Of a DNA stretch of 64,000 bases, positions 53,266-63,807 are shown piece by piece (positions within the stretch are counted from its first letter, which is position 1; each line of letters starts with the position of its first letter). Source of the DNA: Marsupella aquatica (taxonomy: Eukaryota > Plantae > Marchantiophyta); NCBI GenBank assembly GCA_973895155.1, contig OZ316891.1, forward strand, positions 17,139,651 through 17,203,650. The letters are read 5' to 3'. The notes under the pieces were generated by a model. The model had not been told where the DNA came from. It searched no databases and saw only the letters and a list, made by a program, of their open reading frames with translations. The translations under genes were made by a program, and so were the position numbers.

Positions 53266-56200
53266 AAAGTATATCCATAGTTTACACTTGGCATTTTAAC
53301 AGCAACAGCAGGCTTAAATACTGTAAAAAGTTTAAATTTTTCAGTAATTTCAGGTTTTTGATATTACCCAATACTCACACTAGCGCCAGGCGCTAGTATA
53401 CATTGACTCACCAAAGTATGAAATTTCCCCACTGATGCCACCTCACAACCCACCAAGCGATCCATCTTTGCAACATTCTAAGTTTCCCAGGAATACAATT
53501 TCCAGATCTCCACGATGAATCAATCTCTCGTGATACCCTGTAGGCTTCCACAAATGAAGCGGCATTCCGCAACTTGTCCCAAAGGATTCGATGTTCAACA
53601 CGTTTTTCGTCAAGTACTCCTTCGATAGAGTGCCGATGCAAAGACTGATAAAAGTGGAATGCATCCGATCGCTCTCTCTCCTGGTTTGGATGGCAGTCAA
53701 AGAAGACATTCCTAACCGCTATCCATCCCGCCTGAGCGTTATCCGCCATGAAACCATGGATTTCCACACCGTTTAAACCGTTCTCCAAAGCGACTTTGAT
53801 CATCAACCTCCAAGCTTTCTCAAGCGATGCAGTGTCCTCTGCTTTGAGTTCACAAGTAAATATTGTGCACAAAGCTCGATAGTTATGGTCATACACATGT
53901 GCACTAAAAGTACTCCATTCTTTTGACATCCTTTTCATCACGTCAAAGCTCACCCATGCTCCTTCTAGAGGCCCCCCTTTCTTCATCTGACGCAGTAAAT
54001 CTACTCCCGATCCATGACCTTTGATAGTCATTTTGAAAATATGCGCTCTATCACCTTTACAACCCTGCCCAGGAAGAAGATATCTTTGGAGAAAAGGAAA
54101 CGTAACATTCTTCTGCATGCGAACCAGATATTCCAAATCACCTCGACCAACCTGATCTTTGCGAACGCTCTTAAATAACGCAAAAACTTCTGAGGCGTTG
54201 AAACGAGCATAAGTGATTTCCAGATTTCTGATTCTTCTAGCTTTGAAATGTCATCCACAGACTCACCTACGGCATCCATTAAAGATCCAGTGATCTCATT
54301 TTTCAAAACGCACGGTGTAGAAGAAGGAGACTTCTCATGTTGTCTCCGTATTTCTTCTATTGCTATTTTCTCAGCACTTCTAGACCAGACCTTCCGACAT
54401 GGATGGTTGTGCACTCCCATATGGATTGCAAGTCATGACATGTGTTTTGCAGTGTCATTTTTGATCAAAACTTGCGGGTACATATAAAACATTTTTGCTG
54501 GACAAGACTCAACACAAAATGGAACTTGAAGGCAATAGCAACAAACAATTCCTCCAGCATCGATAAACCTCCCAGGACAATGCTGACCAGAGAGCTTGGG
54601 GGTCCCATCCCATCCATTACAGTTTCTAACTTGAGTCCTGGTGTAAAACTCACATGCTCTATTTTGGCATTCGAGAGAACCACTACAGCTTACTTTCCCA
54701 AACTCCCACATCTTCTTCGGAACGACATTAGCAGAAGTAGGAAGGATTCTAGTCCAGAGGTAGCAGTCCTTGCATCGATCCATGTTTCGCAGACGATCCC
54801 CTTTCGAGCCAACACCTTCAACAGGTGGAAGCTCAAATATGGTATTCCCATTGTACTCTATAGGTAAGCATTCAACCTGTTTGTGAATGAATGCCTTGGA
54901 CCTAACAAAGCGCAATAACTCACTTTGTCCAGTTGACTTCAACAAGGCATCAAGTGCGCTTCTTCTCTACACAACCAGAACAGGACGAGTTAGAGTGTCT
55001 CCATCATCAGACTTCTCCGACGCAATCAATACGGGGAGTACCTGGGGCGTCAACAAATTGGTACTTCCGCCCTCCTTATTGACCTCACCGCCCTTTGAGA
55101 TTGGTGGAGAACCCTCAGAGCATTCAGCGTCGGACGTAAGGTCAATGACATCGTGAGCGACCTGATGCGTCTCCACCTTGACATGAACGATGTCCCTTAG
55201 TTGAATGAAAATCAAGTACTCCACGCCATATTCGAGATTCCAAACAACGTCCTCCGCTTCAGTATCAAAATGAGCGGGCCCATCGTTCAAAGTTCTGATA
55301 CTCAAAATATGTTTTCTCGTCACCCCAAATCTTCCACACAGGTAATTATCACTAACACGTTTCTTGGTTTTGAAAATCGACACAGGGATCGTCACAACGT
55401 CACCTGTATTCGGACACGTTATTCCAATAATGCGAGACATTCTAACTCCCCAAAGATAACCGACTACATAAAATAATGATACATTGTAAAATGAAACTAG
55501 TTTGGATGGTTGAGGGTTTCTTCTAAATCCAAGTCTCAAACGGAAAGAGCCGTCGAGCGGTTATAGGATCCGTTGGGTACGGATTTTCTTACCATTCAAG
55601 AAACGACAAAACCATAAATTCGGCGGATAGTTACTGTTGAATTAATGGTTTTGACATTGTAACCAAAGGGGTAATATAGTAGCGCCAGGCGCTAGCATTT
55701 TCCACATCTGAAAGAGCCCAAAAAATGAACAACAAAAGCAAAGATCATCGGCCATTTTGGTTACTGACACAGGTTAACATTCTACGATAGGTTTCGGGTT
55801 TCCTTGGAAATATATCGGGTTTCCATGGAAATAGCCCCTTATTTATGTCAGACGACAATATTACCCTCTGCTTATATTAAAATCGATCCATTTGAGATCG
55901 AGTAGAAGCTATCACAATAATAGCGCCAGGCGCTATCATAAAATTTCTTTAAAATGTCAAGATGTACTCGTACATTATTTATAGAAACTTACACATTTCG
56001 TGTCCAAACATCTACCATTTTGAGGTGTCTCGTTACTAGCGCCGAGCGCTATTATTGAAATCTACACATTTGTTCCCTATTTGAGACTAAAAGAAAAATA
56101 GCGCCTGGCACTTTCATATACTTTATAGAAATAGAAGCCGTTTATTACAAAATCTTTCTCGCTTTAGTCCAATCATTCGCATGATTTTTTAGTACAATGT

Positions 56201-56673
56201 TACTAGCGCCAGGCGCTATTATTAAAATCCTTCATTTTAAGATATATTTTAGTCTAGCATAATAATAGCGCCAGGCGCTAATATTAGATCGAAGTAGAAT
56301 AATGACATAAACGGTCTTTTTAAATGGTAACTTTGACCATTTATCGTTACAATTTATAACGAATTCCTGGATAAATATATTCACGAGTACCTATAAACTA
56401 GTTAAAATGTGACAAGTGTCAACCTTTAGTAGGTCTGCTTTTGGATGCTCATGCTTTTCGATGTGTACTTGTGATACATGTCGGTCTGCCACAGGGTATA
56501 TCAGATAAGATCTTTTCGCGATAGTATCTTTCTTGATCGTTAGAACGACCTTTGCGCACGTTTAGGATCGTTGTCAATCATTTGTCCATATCGGTATAGC
56601 ACCACAAGAAACGTTGCATCACGCAAGAAGCACGTTGAGGTGCGGGTTCCCCGTGTGTGCATCTTAAACAGAC

Positions 56674-59600
56674 ATGGAAAATCATTCTCCTGGCCATTCT
56701 GAAACATCCGAGTCCTCATTCTCCGGATCAATTTATACTCGGAGAGTCACTCGTTCGTCTGCATCGAACTCTTTGCGAAACATTAGTCAGTCGATTCCAA
56801 AGCCAAAATGAGGCATCATGGAGTCATACGGAGATTTTGCGATGGAGGACGGTGGCGAGGGAGTCCTGTCCATGGATGCTGTGATCAAGAAATATGCAAT
56901 GTCATTTGGAGTCGATTTCAGAGGGGAGAAGAAAGAGCCGCCGCGTATCCCTCTTTGTCGGCTTATTCACATGGAAATCGTTTGGACTTTATAGAAAAAT
57001 AGTGCATCTATCGATAAGCTCAAGGATTTGTTTTGGAGCTCTGGGTACAACTCTTCAATTGGGATGCGGTTTAACGTCCAGCCCACGGATTCAGAAGGAG
57101 TCGTTCAATTCTGCACGCCTGAAATTTGGGAGACATGGGATGCTGTTTCGGTTGCCCAGAATGACTTGTTTGAAGCAGAATGTGCTACTGATCCAGATTT
57201 CCACATTGTGAAGGATAAGATGTTCTGTGTTTTTGACGGGAATCATCGACTCTACTCGTGGACCCAAGTAACAAATGAGAATCCAGACAATATCAAGTAC
57301 CATTCGCGTGTTCAATGCACTGTTTTTAAGGGAGATCGGGGTTCTCTAGTTGAGCTTGAAGCGGCTATGCACACGGTGAACCAGTAAGTATTCCTCAAGT
57401 TGCATAAACGCTATTGAGTTTGGTCAATTGCGCTTGATTTTTGCAAAGTTAGTTACGGCCAGGCGCTAATATTTGCCATTATACCTTACAGGTTAGGGCA
57501 AGCTGTGGTGGAACCATCGTGGATTCTCGATGCCGATAGAATCAATCGGATTTTAACTCATGACTTGGAGGCCTACAAGCCGATCATCGACCCCGGAAGC
57601 TTCAAGTGATTTCAAACTGTTCATGCCAAAACAAGAAAGGGGTCTTGGTATACCAAGCAGATGCCATTGGAAGCATTGGTTTACATCTTGTGTGAAAACA
57701 AGATTAAGTCGTATTCACTTCAATTTAAGCTTGACTTGGCTGCTGCAAAAAATCAAGGTCGTCCGTGGTCATCTGAAGAGACTGGTAAGCGGTATGCTGC
57801 CATGATGAAGGAGGCAACGAAGGAGTGGAGCATAAAGACATCCAAGATTACCCCCTGATAAGCCCAGAGTTTGGTGATTTTTTGTCAACTTGTGCAAAAA
57901 TGTACATTCTTACGGAGAGGAACAAACGAGAAAAGAAGCCGGACTCTGTAGTATGTACAATAGACTGCGCGCGTCTATTCACTACTGTCTCCTACTTGGA
58001 TCCACAATTGCACTGTACTCTTCTTGTTGCTCACTGTACACCCGAGCTCAGAAAACAATTTTACCATCCCCCGAGTGTGAATGATGACCCTGTTAAACAG
58101 TGGTGTCATACATGGCACATGTGGAGTTTGGTGGAAGGAATTGCAATTGCAATGTTACAGACATCTCTTTCGCAAGTCCAGTCGATCCTACCTGCTGATC
58201 GTCTGACACTAGGAGGAGTGGAGACGTTTGAAGCTTTGGTCTTGAACATCACCAATGATTTCAAGACATACGGTGAAACAGTGAAGGCAAAGTTTTTTAG
58301 CACAATTTGGCAGTCCAAGTACGGAGACAAGGAAGACTATACCATTCGCAACCAGAAGCGAGCCAAGAGATATCTGTATCGCTTCTACATGGCGATGGAG
58401 ACCAGTTCTCCAAAGTATTTTTGGGCTTACCCTCTTGCATTCCAAAAATGGTCCGTTCTAGAGGGGGATGCTTTTAGCAAAGTTTACTCAATGTACCCTG
58501 CCGAAGGGGACGTTCCACCATGTGACATTTCATTGTGGGAGATAACCCACTGTCCATGGTATCTTGACACAGATAAGTGGGACACCCTTTCAATGAAGCT
58601 GAAAAGGATGCATTTCTGAAATTATCAAAGTCTTTAGTCCCTCGGAAAGTTCTGTCTGAAATGAAACAAGGTTTATCGGAAGATGTAGATGCCTCGGCGA
58701 GCGAGCTGCAGAAACATTGCGAAACAGAAGTTTTGCATGTAGACAGGAGTCGAAAACCCCGGGCAAAAGCAAAACTAGACACTGGAGTAACCAGCCCATC
58801 AACGAGATCCAGGAAGAAACGTGAGATTCTTCTATTTTTCATCGGCATTCCGTATTTCCCTTCACTAGTTTGGATATTTAGGTGTCTTTTTGTTTAGCGC
58901 CACAGATGTTGGTGTCCATTTATTTCTTGATTTTTGTGCAGTTTGGTTAGCGCCCGGCGTTGGTGTTATTTTCCATTGGCATTCTGTATTTTCTCTCCAC
59001 CAACTTGATTATGCCAGTGACTTTTGAGGAGCGCTGCAGATCAAGTTGTCTATTTATCGGTTGATTTTTTGGGCAGTTTGGTTAGCGCCCGGCGCTGGTG
59101 TTATGTGGACCGTAATCTTGGAAACTTTTGTTTCTTTTTCTAGGTGGACGGAAATCGGATGGAGAAGAAACACAAGATGCAAAGACGAAAATCACTCCTG
59201 GAGTCTCTAAAGCTGATACGGAGGAACAAGATGTCCCTGATGAACAGACTCCTCCCAACACGGAGAAGATGGTGCGACCTGCAGATGCCACCAACACGAA
59301 GAAAAAGAAAAAGAAATCTTTGGATCATGGATTTTCCTCTCGGGATTCAGTCGCTTCTACTGGTGTTCAACGAGATGTTGGACAGTTCAAGTCTAAGACT
59401 TCTAGGCATGTTTTTGTTGAGTCCAGCGTAATGGACTTCTTTGAGAGTGTGTTCACGAAAGAGCAGAAACCGGCTTGGGTGTCAAATGTGGAGAAGTGGG
59501 TGAAAGACCTAGTCTTGCTTGGTCTAAGGGAGAAAGGAGTCATAAGAGGAGGGAAGATAAGATCATTTGGAGTTGATGTTGGATTCGTTTACCTCCCAAC

Positions 59601-61023
59601 TGGACTGCGCCCATCCCTTTTAGAGAAGAAGTCTCCAAAATGGAATTCCCCAGATCACAGAATTGTTGGTTCATTCTTTCGCGCAATGGACCCCTTTCTA
59701 GCAGATGATGGTATATTGGCCATTTTGCATACCGGCGAGTATGATCAGATCTCGCAGGTCATCGCCGCGAGCCAGGAGTCTCAAAAGTTTCAGTGTGTGA
59801 AAACCCTGAACGTGGTTATGGGAGTTCCAATGTACATGGCCCGAAGTGATTGCTAGGTAAATTCTCTCACTCTTCGTGCTGTCCTTTGTTAGCGCCGAGC
59901 GCTAGCTAAAAATGTTTTCATATACCTTTCGGTTAAGGGGATATTCTTTGTTAGCGCCTGGCGCTATCCAAAATTCATTGTTATGCCGTGATTTAAATGA
60001 TTTTCTGGTTGGATCGTCGACATCTTAACAATGGACTTTGTTGGGATTTCACAGGTTTTCACATTGAGATTGGATCTGTTCAGTCGTGTTTCGTCAAAGG
60101 TTAAAGTTCCAAAGGACCCCAAGTTTCGACCCCTCTTTGCAACTGAAGATCCTTCTATGACTAACCTTATTGGTCTCCCAAGTGTGAGGAAGGATCCAAC
60201 TCCTTCAGCAGCGTTTGCTGGCAATGGACGCTTGTCCGTTGGGTTCATGCAATCTGTGTTAGAGTTAATCACTCGGCCGGGTGACATTGTCATGGACTGG
60301 ACTGTGGGTTCAAGAAGTACATTTGTTGCTGGTGACTATTGTGGTCATTTTATTCTTGGTATAGAAAACCGAAAAGAGTTTGTTGAGATTGCGGAAAAGA
60401 CATGGATGGATTTATTGATTCCAAAGGATGTCAGTTCCTCATCTCCCGCTAAAGATGTGGGAAGAAAACAAAAAGATAAAGTTCGCTCTGTCTTAAATTT
60501 TGACTCTGAAGATGAAGAGGATGGAGATGCTGTTGGAGATGATGCTTCAGGAGGACAAGGAGAGGAAAATGAAGGAGACGAGAAGGAGAGGCATACGATG
60601 AAAGAAACAAAAGATTTGGATTCTTCTGAGTAATGCCCGTAAGCTACTTCACTTTACATTATCGATTCTGTTACTGTCCCATTTTCATTTTCAACTCTAA
60701 TATGGTTCCGTTCCTCTTCCAGATCGGAGTGGAATCTTCAAGAACGTTTTAATCTTAGGAGGAAATACTCGAGAAAAGTTCTCGTTTCTCCTCAGAAGCC
60801 TTTTGTGTTGCCCTCGTATGCAGAATATGCTGCACGCAAAGAAGAATAGAGGAGAACACTTACTTGGGAGAGTAAGGGCTTAAGGTTAAGAAGAGGTTCA
60901 GATAGGAAATTCATCCACCAGCCTTTACTCAACGATGGACCTAGAAGCAAATTTATAGATGATGAAGCTGAGTCTACAGATAGGTCTGGCAGTAGCGAGT
61001 CCGAGTCTTCTGACTTGGAATAG
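56674..61023 (+). pseudogene. ParB/Sulfiredoxin-like plus N6/N4 DNA-methyltransferase-like fusion gene, copy B (5 predicted exons, several nonsense changes)
   Basis: ParB-like: IPLCRL..IDKLKDLF..GY..MFCVFDGNHRLYSW. MTase-like: VDVGFVYLPTG, FFRAMDPFLADDGILAI, LITRPGDIVMDWTVGSRSTFVAGDYCGHFILGIENRKEFVEIAEK. GT-AG introns at about 57384-57491, 58821-59143, 59857-60054 and 60630-60722. Confidence 0.78.
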
Positions 61024-61320
61024 GTTGAGTGGGAATTTCTAAGGTTTTCTTTAGAACCTTGTACTAGCGCCCGACGCTATTAAACAGGGTGTTCGGATCT
61101 GAGACTTTAAAGGAGATAGACGCACCAGGAGTCTCTTTCCTGAGTGCATATTTGTGTAGATATCAGAAATGCATGTACTCGTATAGTTGTACGGTGAATA
61201 ATTATACCTTCAGTCTGTACGTATTTTTGTTTGTGGTTGATATGATCGTTTGGACTCTCTCAAAGTGTAGTGCGTGTTTGTTCAACTTCATGATTGTTCA
61301 ACCCTAAACTCATTTCTCCC

Positions 61321-61436
61321 TTTCATTTCTGTTAGGCGCTGACTCTCCTCTTCCTTTTGTTTCATTTTTGCACTGCCCAGACTCACCTCTTCCCTTCGTT
61401 TCATTTCTGGTCTGCCCGGACTCACCTCTTCTCTTC
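61321..61436. repeat. ~39-bp tandem repeat, about 3 copies, pyrimidine-rich
   Basis: tttcattt...gactc(t/a)cctcttc repeated. Confidence 0.75.
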
Positions 61437-61472
61437 TCCCTGAGTTTTGCATCCGTTGTTTCCATCGACTCA

Positions 61473-62072
61473 ATGGATAAGGGAAAGCAAATAGCGAAAT
61501 CGAAGAGCTGCAATCCGCCAAAGGTGATGGTTTGGAGGTCAATTAGAGATCCAGGTTTAGATTTGACTCCATCTTTTACGCAGTGCCCAGAGACGTCGAC
61601 CGAGAGGAACAAGTTGTGGCTGGCCCCGGATGAGGGTATTAGCCACAAAATTGGACACCTTCCATCGCGTGATCCTTCGCCTCCACTTCCTTTCCGAGAG
61701 AGGTTCTCTGTTCACGACCCGGATCCTTCCAATGTGTATCGGGTGGAAAGGACAGCTTTTTTCAGAGACATCCAAGCAGACACCGGACGTGTGAACTTTT
61801 CAGATTCGAACATCCCGAACGACCGGAGTCGGAGTCGCTATCCCGGACCTCGTTTTTTTCTGGATCGAGAGGATGGGTTTCGACAGGATGAGGATAGGTT
61901 CAAAGCTGGATTGGACGACGACTGCATGTGGGCATCACCACCGAGACAGGAAACAGGAAAACAGGATTACTGGTACCAGCAAAAGGTTTCCTGTTACCAG
62001 GAAAATTTTACTATTACCAGTAAAAAACACGATCTAAAAATGTACCATTTAAAGTCTTATTTTTCAGAATAA
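61473..62072 (+). CDS. Hypothetical ~200-aa ORF inside the MULE (MDKGKQIAKS...)
   Basis: Uninterrupted ORF with an ATG after a pyrimidine-rich leader; no family recognised. Confidence 0.35.
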   Translation: MDKGKQIAKSKSCNPPKVMVWRSIRDPGLDLTPSFTQCPETSTERNKLWLAPDEGISHKIGHLPSRDPSPPLPFRERFSVHDPDPSNVYRVERTAFFRDIQADTGRVNFSDSNIPNDRSRSRYPGPRFFLDREDGFRQDEDRFKAGLDDDCMWASPPRQETGKQDYWYQQKVSCYQENFTITSKKHDLKMYHLKSYFSE

Positions 62073-62854
62073 TTAAAATCATGGGTTTTTTTTGCGAGCG
62101 CCAAGCGCTGCTATTGTTAGCTCCGGGCGCTAGCAATATGATGATGACAAACCAAAACCAAAAAAACTTTTTTTCCCCAAAAAAACATTTTCCAAAAAAA
62201 ATCCAAAAAAAAAATCCAAAAAAATTACCACTCACTTTCCTGTTACTGTTTCCTGTCGTTTGTAAATACCCCACTGCATGTCTTCTACTTCCTAGAGAGT
62301 GTGGATTTCTTCTTCGACACTAGCGCCGGGCGCTAGCTTTCATCTCATCTTTGGAGTCGTTCATGAGTTTGATTCATGTCATCTTTTTGAATGGGGGCTC
62401 CGGTTCGTCCGAGTTAGCTTTATTCCTTCCATTTTATTATCACATTAGGTTTTTTGAGTATGTTATTAGGGTTATTTCTTTTTCTCGAAGGTTATGGACT
62501 TTTATTACCTTCTGGATATCAATGTAATTTCTTTTTCAAGTAGCGCCTGTTGCTAGCGCTTGGCGCTACTATTATATGTTCCATTCTCCTCCACAATTAT
62601 GTAAACCCGCCTCTATAAAATTGTGTCTTTCATCTCTCTTTTTTCTAGTGTCCTCCAAATATGTTGCGAATACTATTAGTGGCTCTTTTATTGTTGAAAT
62701 TGGTTGTTTCCTGTTACTGGAATTGGGTTCCTGTCAAATGGAAAGCCCTCTGACAAAACGATCTTTAAGCTTCATCCGATGTATTCGGTCTTACCGAGCC
62801 AGCCAGTTTTGAATGTCGGAGAACTCTAGTTCATCGTAGGAAGGGAGAATCTGC

Positions 62855-63123
62855 ATGGTTCATTCGACGATACGTTGAACGGACATTTTGTTAATGTTGT
62901 TTTGAACGGCAACAAACTCTTGGTTAGCGCTCGGCGCTAGTAAAACTTGTCTTTCCATAATTACTGTAGAGAACGCTAAACATATTGGAGTTCCTATTGA
63001 AATTGGCCTCCTTGTTTGTCCAAAATTATGTCATCTTTTGTGTATGCTAGTACCAAATCTCCTGTTTTGTTCCTCTCTTTTTCCTGTTATGATTGTTATT
63101 GTTTTTTGTTTCCTGTCACGGGG
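62855..63123 (-). repeat. Right TIR (~270 bp) of the MULE
   Basis: Inverted homology to 47022-47290; contains a palindrome copy at 62925. Confidence 0.72.
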
Positions 63124-63807
63124 AAAAACCTCATTTTAGGACTGGAAAACTTCCTGTGCTCTGTTTCAAAATATACTCCTCAGCTCAAGTCGACACCCGA
63201 AATTCGTATCGGATCTCTATGTGTCGTTCCAAGGCTGCATCTTCATGATCTTATAAAATTTTGTTATGATCATTTTGATGTGATGGTCTGGTCTATTCTC
63301 GACGATAAACTGGTTTATCAGATACTTTCAGAAGTGTTGTCGAGCACCGACCTGTCGCAGCTGATATATGTGTTCACGCGGGATCATTGCTGGAATCTTG
63401 GTTATGTGAAGAAAAATTATAAGACTGTTGTCTTCAAATCTATCGAGAGACTACGTGATATGTTTCAAGATTATCGACCAGACAATATAATCCAGATTGA
63501 TGTCTGTCCTTCCCATACATGCCAGACAGCTGTATGCGGATTATTGTTCGCTAAGTCGTTTCAAGGATCGTTGGATGATGTCTTTTTGAGGGATGACCTC
63601 ATTCCATATTTACGAAAGCTATCAAATTCAGGGCTTTGTCTTTCGTTCGCTAACAAGTTCGATTATCCCATCTGGTTGATTAGAAATCTACATCGAGATT
63701 GGGATCTGAACGAGGATATATGGGAGCATCTATACGTGCAGAGACATGCGGATCAAGTTCTTATCAAGCACTTCAACAGACATCACTTATCAATGGCCAG
63801 AGTGTAG
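63121..63807 (+). CDS. FCP1/NIF-like HAD phosphatase homolog with a degenerate catalytic motif
   Basis: KNLILGLENFL (position of KxLVLDLDxTL), VVPRLHLHDLIKFCYDHFDVMVWS, FTRDHC, VFKSIERL, DNIIQIDVCP; homology begins just outside the TIR. Confidence 0.65.
   Translation, partial: GKNLILGLENFLCSVSKYTPQLKSTPEIRIGSLCVVPRLHLHDLIKFCYDHFDVMVWSILDDKLVYQILSEVLSSTDLSQLIYVFTRDHCWNLGYVKKNYKTVVFKSIERLRDMFQDYRPDNIIQIDVCPSHTCQTAVCGLLFAKSFQGSLDDVFLRDDLIPYLRKLSNSGLCLSFANKFDYPIWLIRNLHRDWDLNEDIWEHLYVQRHADQVLIKHFNRHHLSMARV

Larger units (their letters stand above)
49349..53379 (-). mobile_element. 4.0-kb TG..CA element with 5-bp TSD (giant solo-LTR-like) in the transposase intron
   Basis: Ends TGTAGTTT / ATACTCACA; TSD CTAGC at 49344-49348 and 53380-53384; excision restores the palindrome ATACTAGCGCCAGGCGCTAGTAT. 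Confidence 0.82.
47653..55440 (-). pseudogene. Mutator-like transposase: Cys-rich GCM-like domain, MULE DDE core, C-terminal SWIM zinc finger; one intron (53411-49148) holding a nested element
   Basis: SCSGSLECQNRAC..CCYC..CPAKMFY..GVHNHP; VSFDVMKR..LCTIFTCELKAEDT..FMADNAQAGWIAVRNVF..DAFHFYQSL; SEAVHG; CSCEDFF..PCKHLYWV; donor GTGAGT at 53411, acceptor TTTCAG at 49148; several stops and frameshifts. Confidence 0.82.
39646..62939. repeat. Dispersed 15-bp palindrome TAGCGC-YNR-GCGCTA (~30 copies)
   Basis: Exact arms at 39646, 40493, 46324, 46499, 46635, 47399, 47563, 53381, 55680, 55921, 56037, 56204, 56266, 59890, 59952, 62321, 62554, 62925; near matches at 39709, 41203, 46383, 47202, 49284, 56099, 57454, 58948, 59083, 61065, 62096, 62118, 62541. 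Confidence 0.95.
47022..63123. mobile_element. Mutator-like (MULE) element with long diverged TIRs, carrying a transposase, the ParB-MTase-like gene and a small ORF
   Basis: 47022-47290 is an imperfect reverse complement of 62855-63123 (e.g. CCGTGACAAGAAACAGGAAAC..CATAACAGGAAAAA..GAACAAAACAGGAGA vs TCTCCTGTTTTGTTC..TTTTTCCTGTTATG..GTTTCCTGTCACGG); MULE transposase inside; no TSD recognised. Confidence 0.7.

Noticed and set aside
55680-56280. Palindrome cluster as a CRISPR array
   Set aside because: Repeats are 15 bp with irregular spacing (about 60-240 bp), lie in eukaryotic introns and promoters, and no cas genes are present.
56674-61023. Bacterial contamination or a prophage explaining ParB-MTase
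   Set aside because: The gene has GT-AG introns conserved in two copies and is interleaved with plant retroelements bearing TSDs.
63016-63120. N-terminal 35 aa of ORF 63016-63807 as real coding sequence
   Set aside because: It is TIR sequence with a non-ATG start; phosphatase similarity begins at ~63121.
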